Assembly: GCA_030248215.1 (NCBI GenBank)
Contig: JASANG010001414.1
Span: 496,001 to 560,000 of the forward strand
Length of the DNA: 64,000 nucleotides
Source of the DNA: Enoplolaimus lenunculus
Taxonomy: Eukaryota
Direction: 5' to 3'
Under the pieces are notes generated by a model, which saw only the letters and a list, made by a program, of their open reading frames with translations, had not been told where the DNA came from and did not search any database. The translations under genes and the position numbers were made by a program. How positions within the stretch are numbered: the stretch's first letter is position 1; every line of letters begins with the position of its first letter. Below are positions 26,365-37,593 of this stretch, one piece after another.

Positions 26365-27998
26365 CCCTCAACGGCCCGGCAAAATTTTCACCTTAATCAG
26401 CCCAACGGTCTACATATGTAGACAACACAACTAGCGTTAGTTTTGGCTTATCTCAGGGTGCTCTCCTCCTTTAACTGGCTTGAGACAGTCAGAACTAGTG
26501 TTCTGGCGGAGTTCCACCCGCTCCCCGTCCAGCCTCCCACTGCGGGCGCGTTGTCCAGTTAAGCACAGTCGTTGCACGTTATGGTGCGATTCATGTGGTC
26601 CTTGCACACTCGTTTTCCACATGACGAACAGCTCAATCTCGTAGATTTGCGACAACTTGTGACCTGACATTTGGTCGGTTTACCAGATGTAGAAGGTTCG
26701 TTTCGCTTTTGAGGCAGCCCGTAAGCCATAAATGAATCCTTTGATTTTGCGTAAATTTTTTCACTACTGTAACGTTTGGTCATATTGTCTTGCGCTAGTT
26801 GTTCGGCTACTTTTTTCATGAAAACATTGCGTGACTTTTGATATCCGTTCAGTTTCATGACAATGAATGCGTTGTGCAACGGTACTTAGCAGGTTTCGCC
26901 GGCATGTACGCTCGCCCCGGTGCATATCCTCTATACCCGTAGAGCTGTTCATCTACTGTAAGTGATTCGGACGGTATATAATGAAGACGTAAGTTGGACT
27001 GAAATAGGTCCCAAACATCTCGTATAGCAGCCATTTTGTCACTTTTTTGACGCTCCCGGCGAGTCAGTTTGTTGTCGAATGTTACATTTTCCAGCAACTG
27101 TTTCATTCTGTTTTTTGACAGCGCGCAGCGGTAAAAGGGCCTGCTGTCGTTTTTGGTGAATAGTGAAGCCACTGGAGACATGTTATCGCGATCTGCACCA
27201 GCTCTGATTACCACCCCAAGCCAAGCTTTCAGCTCGTACATTGGTAGCGTTGAAAAATTGCGCGCCCGCAGTCGCCTACTAGTGAGTCGCTGAATTGTAT
27301 GTAAAATGGGCTCGTTTATATAAAGATAAAATGCTTGTGACTCTGTTGTAGGGTTTACTGCAGTGCCTTCGCGAAAGCGAATTTTATTTCTAGCTAACAC
27401 ACGGACAGGCGGTGTTGTAGAATGCCACTCAACACCCGTCGCTGACAAAAACACATTACTTCCACTAGAAGTCTCGTCCATATCGCTCAACTCACTACTA
27501 GATGCGTCCGATTGTTTTTGTAATTCACCATCACTATCTTGCTCATAAATAGCAGCCTCTTCACTACTGCATTGACCTAACTCAACTGATTCTGAGTCGT
27601 CATTTGAACTATTGTCGTCCGGTTTGTCATCTTCTGTCTCTGAATCACTTGGTTCTAATACACGTCGTACGACCTCAGTCAAAGATAATTTATGCAAACC
27701 TGACATTTCCCTGACTTTACCTCACCATACAAAACCGTGTGTAAGAACAAAACGTTCCAATTCTTGTCAAAACTCAAACTATGATCAAATCAACATATGT
27801 AGACGGTCGGGTTATATAGGTATATGACTCACTGTACAGCAAACTTTTGTTCCCACAATGCTATAAGTTTTTTATACTACTATAACAGAATAATTATCGA
27901 TGGAAATTAAACAATAGATTCTTAACTATAGCACCTGCCGAACAATCAATTGTCGAACTGGTTATGTCTACATATGTAGACTGTCGGGCCATCGAGGG
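26365..27998 (-). mobile_element. piggyBac-family transposon, internally deleted (non-autonomous)
   Basis: TTAA at 26361-64 and 27999-28002; TIR CCCTC(A/G)A(C/T)GGCCCG; subterminal palindrome GTCTACATATGTAGAC at both ends; transposase remnants inside. Confidence 0.95.
26559..27706 (-). pseudogene. piggyBac transposase (PGBD-like), deleted and frameshifted
   Basis: ORF 26855..27706 has an acidic N-terminus, DKMAAIRDVWDLF, TVDEQL (first catalytic Asp) and YMPAKPAKY. It then jumps out of frame to LHNAFI…CQVTSC…CSSCGKRVCKDH…CNDC (Cys-rich domain, ORF 26559..26879). Confidence 0.9.
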
Positions 27999-29144
27999 TT
28001 AAAGCTGGAATGCCCCGCATACGTATTTTGGGCAGCTTTCTGGCATTACATTATTAAAGGTAGAACGCTCCACATACGTGTTTTGGGCAGCGTTCCAGCG
28101 GATTTTTTACTATTTTATGGATTTTTACAAAACTTTTATGTATATACGTACGTACGTATGCAAATCAACTAAATAGTAAAAAATTTAATGTTTACATTTT
28201 TATATTGCTAGTTCTATAGAACTGAACTAGTCAACGAGGTTGCAAATTTGCAACCTTAAAATATTCTTCTTAAATTAAAACTTTTTAAGAATGCGTTATG
28301 TTGTTTTATGAAATAATCATTACAACAGTGGAACACAGCCCAAAATACGTAACTTTAATAATATAGATATGTTTAGACTCTTCTATTACACAGAACGCAT
28401 ATTTCCGCGTTTATATAAAAGCGACTGTTCCTGCTTTATGGCTATATTTTGTTTATACATCTTGGGTTGCAATTTTGCAACCACGTAAACCAGTATACAT
28501 AATATATGTTTCCAGTTTCCATTATTTTGATCACTTTTCTTCCGTTTTCGTTCCATGTACTCTTACTAGTTATTTACATCCTACCAGCTGGTAAACAACT
28601 GGGTTATACTGCGCATCCTGTTTCTTGCTAATTGTATAACGAAAATGTTAACCATTTATAAATATATTGCAAATTTGGTTGTATAAGTGCATTTTCATAC
28701 TACACACGAAACAAACACGCTGTACCTATACGAAAGAGATAACGCGTTAATCGTTTCACAGTTTTATTTCAATGATGTTGCTTCTTTCATCGCGGTCGCT
28801 TTTAGCTCGTAAATAAAATGCAGCCAATGTTGCTCAAACTGGCTTATTGTCTTCTACAATAAAAACAATAATCGTTGCCGTTTCTTTTCTGTTGATATCA
28901 ACCAGACGGCGGTTGCCAAAAATGGTCGGATTTTGAATTTTGCATATTTCAGGTTTAGCTACTTGCCCTGATCAATGGTCAAGTTTGGCTTTGCTAAAAT
29001 TTGATTTATTGAGGTTCCAAAAAATACCCCCGTTTTGATCGAAAAAAGTATCAAAAATTCAAAATTATTCAAACAACATCGGACGCAGTTTGGCAATGTG
29101 ACTCGAATGATGTTAATTCTATTGCTATCTGAGCGCAAGTTCAC

Positions 29145-29672
29145 TTATTATGGTCAAATAACTGCTAGTTGGTAACGTCATATTGAAACCACGGGATGCC
29201 ACAATGAGCAACAAATAACTTTTTCTAATTATTGCAATTTGTTATTATACGCTCTTGGTACTATCAAGAGTGGATCAGCAAGTTCACTTATTATGGTCAA
29301 ATAACTGATTTGGTATGCAGCAAACGAACAGTCTGAACGGCGCCAAAACAATTGTTTGTCCATAACTCGTGAACGGGTTATAGCGATAAACTTTTTACAC
29401 CGTTCGTCTTATTATGGTCAAATAACTGCTAGTTGGTAACGTCATATTGAAACCACGTGATGCCACAATGAGCAACAGATAACTTTTTCTAATTATTGCA
29501 ATTTGTTATTATACGCTCTTGGTACTATCAAGAGTGGATCAGCAAGTTCACTTATTATGGTCAAATAACTGATTTGGTATGCAGCAAACGAACAGTCTGA
29601 ACGGCGCCAAAACAATTGTTTGTCCATAACTCGTGAACGGGTTATAGCGATAAACTTTTTACACCGTTCGTC
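29145..29672. repeat. 264-bp tandem duplication
   Basis: ttattatggtcaaataactgctag at 29145 and 29409; the second sub-motif at 29288 and 29552 has the same 264 period. Confidence 0.9.
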
Positions 29673-29853
29673 TAAGATCTCGAACCACGACATAAAAGTT
29701 ATTGAAATTTTTGACAAAAAAATTATTTCGACCTTAAGGATACCTTCGACTTTTGAGGTAGGTTGGGCACTATTTGGTTTAACGTTACACGCGACCATCA
29801 GAGCTTTTTAAAACTTGTTCTACTTTACGTACCCGTAGTAATTGCTTTGCGCA

Positions 29854-30059
29854 CACTGCGAAAAAATAGTGAGCCAAATTGACTCTCTCCGAAATAGGCT
29901 TTTCTGGACTACACAAATTGAGGCAAACTCGACTCCGCCACAGTCAAATTCGCCAGTGAGGCAAATTTGACTCTGGCGGAGTCGAATTTGACTCAATTTG
30001 TGTAGTCCAAAAAAGCCTATTTCGGAAAGAGTCAATTTGACTCACAATTTTTTGAAGTG
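29854..30059. mobile_element. CACTG-ended palindromic MITE; other copies at 38347-38555 and 48051-48246, partial at 52391-52473
   Basis: Long TIR CACTGCAAAAAATAGTGAGTCAAATTGACTCTCTCCGAAATAGGCT; TA flanks on the 48051 copy. Confidence 0.85.
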
Positions 30060-30764
30060 TATAATTATATATAATCTCTATTTTGAACATTCTGGTAAAT
30101 TTGAAATACTCATTAACAACATACTGCCAGTTTTATGAACGATCTTCATGCCGAAGCAGACAGGTGTGCGGACTCCCCCACAACTCCATGGTGGGACTCC
30201 CAAACTCTCGAGCGAAGCGAGTGAGAAGACAGACGTATTTTAAAACTTCGACAGTTTTTGTGTCAACCGGTTAGGGTGGGGTCCCCTTTAGGTGTGGGGG
30301 GCTCCTAAATGGGGTTACGGGGCATGGCTGCTCCGGCCTGACAATCTTAACATATAATTTTCGTGTAAATTTGACACTATAATTCTAGCCATGAGATCTT
30401 TTAACTATAAACTTTACACCTGCACGGTTTTGTGAGCAGGGCTGTGCTGGTGTCATCAATTGTATGTGCAGCTTGTAACTGCGAGTTTTCGCTGGGTAAA
30501 CGTGCACGTGTGACTATATCTTTAGTACTATCAAGAGTTCATTTTAAGTAAGTGTAACACCTGCGATTTTTAGCAGTTAATCAGGAAACATCACGTGGGC
30601 CTTTTTCCGTCATACCCCCTTTAATTGAAGGGGTCAACAGCTTTGGTGGTAACGGCATATTGAGACCACGTGATGCCACACGCAACAGATAACATTTCTA
30701 ATTATTGCAATTTGTTATTATACACTCTTGGTGCTATCAAGAGTGGACGATATATAACATAACA

Positions 30765-31038
30765 AGAGTGTGCAACTGGGCACATTCTGCGCACAAAGAA
30801 TGTACCCAGCGCACGTTGCGGTTTTGTCAGACCCCCTTATTTAGAGGGGGAGGGTTGATACTTGCACAGACAAAAAGAAAAATATGCCATGCCAAAAAGT
30901 GCTCGGTATATAGTCTAAGAACTACAGCGTATTATATAATGGGACATTGACCCCCATCTAAATAAGAGGGCTTCAGCAAAAATGCAACGTGCGGTGGTAC
31001 ATTTTGTGCCACACGATATCCGACAGTTGCATACTGTG
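30765..31038. mobile_element. TIR MITE just upstream of the MARVEL ATG
   Basis: About 85-bp arms: gtgcaactg…gcacgttgc…cttatttaga versus tctaaataag…gcaacgtgc…cagttgcat. Confidence 0.65.
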
Positions 31039-31128
31039 GTCCGTGATCATCCACTGTTGGTACTATGTATTGAGTTTCGAACACACATTTAAACGATGGT
31101 ATATGTTTTAAAATTTTAAAATTTAAAA

Positions 31129-34100
31129 ATGGCCGATGATTTCGACAACGGTGAAACTCGCGATCATCAAACAGAAATCGTTATTATTGATCGTCCAACG
31201 TTTGATCCAGACTATGCGTGTCATTTGGACGGTATTGCGAGACTTGTTCAATCGGTAAAGTTTACTAGAATTTAAATTGTGATAAAACCGCGTTTTAAAA
31301 TGGATATTTTGCAACGTCCTGTTGAACATGGAGAATATGGCGTAGATACAACCTCTTATGGTACTTATTAAGGGACTTCAAATATTGTCACACAAGATAC
31401 CGCACCTCAAATATAATTTGTTAAATTTTGTAGGGCGGTGTTGATGCAATTGCGTCTTATTTTAGTGTCTAATACACTGTAAATTTCAATGAGTTGATTT
31501 TAACTCAGAATGAGTTAAATCACTCAGTCTGAGTTAGGACTATCAGAACTCAGAATTTTGAATTTATTCAATTCATTCTGAGTTAAATTATCCACTCACC
31601 CAGAGACAACTCAACTCAGAGTGAGAATCAACCCAACTCAACTCAACTCAGAGTGAGAATCAACTCAATTCAGAGTGAATTTATGCTTACTGATATTAAT
31701 TCAGAAATAACCAACTGCGGCTAGGTGATTTGATTAATCAGCTCATTGGAATTTACTGTGTATATTAAAATGTCAAAACTATATTGCAATAAATCATGGT
31801 AACTCATGTCATTTTTTTTGCAGCTGGCAAGTCTTGGAGCGTTTATTTGCGTTGTATTTTCACATTATGGTTGGTATGGCGTCTATATTAGTTCGTCAGT
31901 TTCTATGATTTGCTTTACTGCAAGTTTAACGTTGTTTTTAATGCATATGTTCCATACCATTGAACTAACTGCAGAATCCGTCGATTGGTTTAAAGTAGTA
32001 AGTTTAGAAAATTGAACGTGTGTTTGTCTATTGGGCCCGTGTAAAGATCAGGGGCGGAACGTTTTTCTGCGGGACTGCAATACGGTAAGCTTAAAAGCAT
32101 TGGATTAATTTTTTACTTAGATTTAGGCGTAGGTGTAACCTCATTCTTTACACATAGGCTTAGGCTTAGCATTAGGAATATGCTTATACTACTGTTATGG
32201 TCCTGTTCTATACATTGGCCGTATGTTGCTCTGTTACAAGTTAAGTATGATATTTGGTTTGAACACCTTGCACTGTGAGTAAGACAATATTCACTTTTAA
32301 ACATTATGTTTTTAGGGCCGTACCAGTTTCTGGAGGGTCTATTAAAAAGGTAGTCTTAGATTTTAGAGTACATTTTATTTTTGCTTAGACTTAGGCTTAG
32401 GAATATACTTTTTTTCAATGATTACGCTTAGACTTAATATACTTACGAATATGTTAACCTACTGTTACGGCCCTAAAAGTATATTGCATTGTGACGTGTT
32501 TAAATATAAAATTAAAAGTGTCGGGTATTGTGTGTGATTTTTGCAGGAACTGATCTATTCAGGCATGTTAAGCATTCTTACTGCAATATCAACGGGATTC
32601 GTATTTTACGGTGCAATTCGATGGCGATCCGTAACAATAATTTGGGGAATTGCAACGGTAAGTTTAGTGAACTTGTTCTCAACGAGAGCACATATTCTAT
32701 CTTGGCATCCGAGTAAATATATGCTACACTATTAACGAGTTGTGGCGTTGACAACGTTACTTAAAAATTTTATCATTACATTTCAACATTACCATCTTGC
32801 TTAAAAGCTTGTGTTTGAAAGCCGAGTGCAATTTTACACATAATCAGCCTGGTCATGAAACTATTAATAGCAAACTAAATTATTACTGAAAAATGTTAAA
32901 TACAGAAAATATTGTTTTGTATATTTCATTTTGGTGTAATATCTCTTATATGCATTCTTTGTAGGATTTGGAAGGCGAAATTGACATCTTATCTTGAATT
33001 TTGGCGATTTGAATTGGCAATGATTCGGAAATCGTCACTACTACTACTAGAATGATTGGTTGAAATTACATGCTGTGAAATAGCTGATTTTAATTTAACA
33101 CTTTATTCAGTTGGTTCTGAGGTGCGATGGGATATCCGCATATGCTCATAGATTCGTTTCTGAGGTGGAATTATGTCTTTAATTTGAATTGCACCCTAGA
33201 AACTACTGAATAATGTCTTATATTTAAATCAGCTATTTCAGAGGATGTATAATTTCAACCAATCATTCCAGTAGTAGTGGACGATTTCCAATTCATTGCC
33301 AATTCAAATCGCCAAAATTCAGGGCAACATGCCAATTTCGCCCTCCAAATCTTGGAAGAAATGCAAGTAACATTTTGTTTACATTTTGGTAAACATAAAT
33401 TGCCAAACTTTGTTACTAACACAACTAAAATTTTTGCATCTTCGTAGATCTGCTACTGGCACAACAAGGTAGTTATCATTCTTTTAACATTAGTTATCTA
33501 TACCATTTTGGCTCATTTCATTTCGTAGAAAAAAGAATTGCAAGTTATTGAAAGTTCGGCCCATGTTACTTTAAGGGGCATTCCAGGCTTCTGGTGGGTC
33601 CATAAAACAGTAAGTTTAGATTCTAGATTACATTTTTTGCTTAGGCTTAGGTTTAGGCTTAAGCTTAGGAATACGCTTAATCTACTGTTACGCCCCTTAA
33701 AATAAACATTGGCCGAAACTTGTAAAATCGTCACATTTTTTAGGGTTTCCTAATCATTGCTCTAATATTTCTAATCGTCAGCACGTACAAAGTTTATCGC
33801 GACAAACATCCGAAGCAGTACCAAACAGACGAATTCCAGACATCGCCACCGGAGACATGCGAATATCCTAAATTAGTCGATTCGTCGAGGCCTACGAAAC
33901 CCGAGACAACACCTGACGAACAAGCGTCTAAACAGGCCATTGTTTTGGAATCAGAAACGTTGCCTGTAGTCACTAAGACTAAAACCGAAAATGTATCCGA
34001 AAGCTCTAAGTTGATTTCTGACCAGAACAAGCCTCGAGCAATAAACACTATGAATGCCGACAAAGGTTCAAACGACAACCAGCATGCTGTAACAGCTATG

Positions 34101-34403
34101 ACGGAACAGAATGACGACAAATCAACTAATTTAGTTCAGAATAGCGATACAGCAAACGAAAAACATCGTGAGAACTACGATCCAGAACAACAAAATTCTC
34201 ACGAACGAGAAAATTTAGTACAAGAGCCCCCCGCTCCTGTCCAACCTGATTCGTTTAATTCAACGATCAAACCAAGAAACGAAATTGTTGAAGGTCCAAA
34301 ATCGTACATCCCGAAACCTAATGAGAATACGAGCAATAATACTCTTAATCCTACACCGCAGAATAAACTACCAAAACAGACATGTATTGAAACGACACTG
34401 TAA
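31129..34403 (+). CDS. MARVEL-domain four-TM protein (CMTM/plasmolipin-like) with a long polar C-terminal tail, about 356 aa
   Basis: Exons 31129-31254, 31824-31997, 32547-32657, 33744-34403, all phase 0 with GT-AG. FDPDYACHLDGIARLVQSLASLGAFICV resembles the MARVEL N-terminal pattern. Four hydrophobic segments; ATG in aaaaATGG context. Confidence 0.75.
31475..31760. mobile_element. CACTG-ended MITE with actca repeats; relatives at about 55370-55552 and 50424-50590
   Basis: ta|cactgtaaatttcaatgagttgatt…aatcagctcattggaatttactgtg|ta. Confidence 0.7.
32951..33365. repeat. Long inverted repeat (foldback or long-TIR element) in MARVEL intron 3
   Basis: Arms of roughly 140 bp, e.g. ggatttggaaggcgaaattg…/…caatttcgccctccaaatct. 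Confidence 0.8.
33558..33714. mobile_element. GGCC(C/A)ATGTTACTTTAAGGGGC-family MITE with (TTAGGC)n core; copies at 36934-37168 and 46803-46999
   Basis: About 22-bp TIRs; shared internal ttagattctagattac segment. Confidence 0.8.
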
Positions 34404-36183
34404 TGGTTGAAGAATTTTAATCGATAATTATCTGAAATGGAAAAATATTTGCTTCCGGAGGGCCAATAACAAATGTTCCTACGACAGAATTCTTACAGTT
34501 TGCAAATTTTTTGATTCGGGATTTCCGAAGCCATTGGCACTCGGCAGGGTGGGCATCCCCCCTGCCCCCCGTCGTTGCGGGCCAGTGTGCAAAGTTTTGA
34601 GATAAATTTGTGGCTCAGCTACATTTCTGTGCGGGACTAAGTTTCATAAAAATTATTTAATTTCAACTATACACTGACACCATTTTAACTAAATATATGT
34701 ATGTATACATAACCTATATCTATTTGTACAGCGAATTTTTATAACAGCTTGTGAAATCTATATATTAAAGCTGGAACGTCCCACATATGTATTTTGGACA
34801 GCGTTCCAACGTTAGAACGGCCCACAAACGTATTTTTGAAAACGTTCCGACAGGTTTTTATCTCCAGTTACTTATGTAAATTAAGACTGTATACATAGAG
34901 AATACCTATCGGGTCAGATGTGTTTTTATATCTGCAAAACACTACTTTTCAAAATGCAGTTTTTTAATTTCGTTCACTTAATAATATGAGAGACCCTGGC
35001 AACAATTTGGTTAAGGTCCGGAGAAGCCTTAGTCCAGTCGCACATGTGTGCAGCTACGTGTACTAGTATGGTTTTAACACTGGTTTGGTTGGGTTGCCGA
35101 CTCATGACTAGTCAGTAACAAACGGGGTGGCCACATTCGCTGGGACTCAATGCATAGTGGTCCAAGATGCCTCGCGAGCGAGTAGCCAAATGCAATTTTA
35201 ACATTTTGTAACATAATGAAACCTTGGACGACATTGTATAACTGAACCGGTATTTTAATACAAAGTCTTCGTCAATGAGACAAATAATGATGTTTCAGCT
35301 TAAATATCATATATTAATTACTTTTACTTCATACAAAGAAACGAAGCAAACTCTTATGATAGGTACAGTATTTGACAATTCATTTTGGGCTAATGTACAC
35401 AATAGCATGGTAACAGTAGTATAAGCACATTCCTACGCGTAAACCTAAGCGTAAGAATGAGATTATGCCTAAGCCTAAGCCAAAGCCTAGACAAAAAATG
35501 TCTAAACCTTAAGCTTACTCTATTGCAGTCCCACAGAAATAAGTTTCGCCCCTGATCCGTTACATGGGTCCATGGCCCATGTAAAGATCATGGGCGCAAC
35601 GTTTTTCTGCTGAGCTGGCTTGGAGTTAAGCTTTCGATATATTTTTTGCGTAAGTTTATGCTTAGGTATAAGCTCATTCTTGCGCTTAGGCTTAGGTATA
35701 AGCTCATTCTGTCGCTTAGGCTTAGGTATAAGCTCATCCTTTCGCTTAGGCTTAGGTATAAGCTCAATCTTACGCTGAGGCATAGGCTTAGGAATATGTT
35801 TGTACTACAGTTACTACCTGGTTCAGCACATTGACCGCGTCTTTGATGCAATTACGTAATTATTAACTGTTAATATCCTAGTAAAATAAAATCTTTTTGG
35901 TGCACCAGTATATGTTTTTCATCCAATTAAGAAAACAAACATTCTTAGCTTCCTGTATCTGCACAGTATATTATTAGTATTTTTTGCATTTTTATGCAAG
36001 TTCTCTGCAATTATTGAATTTTAATTGCTGATCTTTGTGTAACTGAAGGTATTATGGTTGAAAATTATAGTGAACCAAACGTAAACTGGATCGTTGAAAA
36101 TAACTTTTCTGGAGAAATTAGCACAATATTAGTGTACCTAAGCGTAACTCCAAAAATTGCTTGATTTAGGAATTATTGGTCAC

Positions 36184-36329
36184 GGCCAATGTAAAGAACA
36201 CGGGCGGAACACTATTATAAGCATATTCCTAAGCCGAAGCCTAAGTCTAAGCCTAAACCAAGCAAAAAATAGTCTAAAGCTTAAGCTGTCCCACAGAAAA
36301 ACGTTCCGCCCCTGATCTTTACATGGGCC
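36184..36329. mobile_element. GGCC(C/A)ATGTAAAGA-family MITE with (GCCTAA)n core
   Basis: TIR ggccaatgtaaagaacacgggcggaac / gttccgcccctgatctttacatgggcc. Copies at about 25490, 32034, 35387, 35574, 37314, 37975, 45168, 49476, 49672 and 60366. Confidence 0.8.
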
Positions 36330-37593
36330 TTTAGTCATAAACACATACTGATGCACCATTGATAATTTGGTTTTCAATATGACCAAACATTTGAAAACAG
36401 ACGCTTAAGCCTCTAAGGTTCACAGCTTGCAAAAAGTTCTATGACCAGCATACAAGGGCATATCTCATGACTTACAAGCGAGTTTGAAACCGTTCGATAG
36501 AGGGGCAAACTTTTCCTACAAAAGCTGAGCTCCCATAACTCGTCTATATCTACAAGCCCGCAACCACTTGGAACTCGCAGAAAGTTTTCAATTTGGCCCA
36601 GCCAAGAAAAGTTTCACTTATTTAATTTTTTAGTCTAAACCTTAGTACGCTTCAACGTCTATGTCAGGGGGTTTATTTTCCAGATTTCTAAAGTTGATTA
36701 CGATGATAAAAAATAACCGAACTGGCAAAGGGGTGACCGACCCTTGCTGGTGTGTGAAAGAAATGCAGTTTAACAAGCAGCAAATACTACAAAATTCATT
36801 TTGTTTTACTGAAATAAAACGTTGTTAAGTAAATAATACATAATGTTTCAACGGTGAGTAAACTTAATGCCCACTGCTAAACTCACATTGCAATTTAGTA
36901 CAAATATTGGGTTCGTGGGTTGCAGTATGCTCAGGGCCAATGTTACTTTAAGGGTCGTAACATAGATTATGCGTATTCCTAAGCCTAAGCCTAAGCCTAA
37001 CCGTTGCAAAAATGTGTTCCTAAGCATAAAGCCTAAGCCTAAGCGTCGCAAAAATGTGTTCCAAAGCCTACGCCTAAGCCTAAGCCTAAAAAAATGTAAT
37101 CTAGAATCTAAACCTTCTGTTTTATGGACCCACCACAAACTTGGACGCCCCTTAAAGTAACATGGACCATGCTCTATAGCACATATCACCAGTAAGAAAT
37201 ACGGTTTCAAGAGACTTACAGTACTTTAAATTGTACATTACAATAATTTGTTTGGAGCAATCAGTATAAAACTTGACAAAACATTTTGTGGCGAACCGTA
37301 TGGCTAAAATACCGGCCAATGTATTCAACAAAACCATTAGTATAAGCATAATCCTAATCCTAAGCCTAAGCGCAAGAATGAGCTTATACCTAAGCCTAAG
37401 TCGAAGCAAATAAAGTCTAAAGCTTACGCTTTTTCTATGGCGTCCTGTAGAAAAACGTTCCGCCCCTGATCTTTACATCATGAGCCAAATTACCGTACTA
37501 AAATTCTAATTGGCGATAGGTGCTAGACAGATTTGAAAATAAATAGTCTGCATTATTCGTTTCCAACTAATGAGAATATATATATACCTACTT

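Noticed and set aside
29145..29672. CRISPR-like repeat-spacer pattern (ttattatggtcaaataactg four times)
   Set aside because: The spacers are duplicated and longer than 100 bp, the context is eukaryotic, and there are no cas genes.
35520..35851. ORFs with PKPKRK/LRLRLR/LSLSL repeats (also at 36848-37409 and 60441-60752)
   Set aside because: They are translations of (TTAGGC)n MITE cores, not genes.
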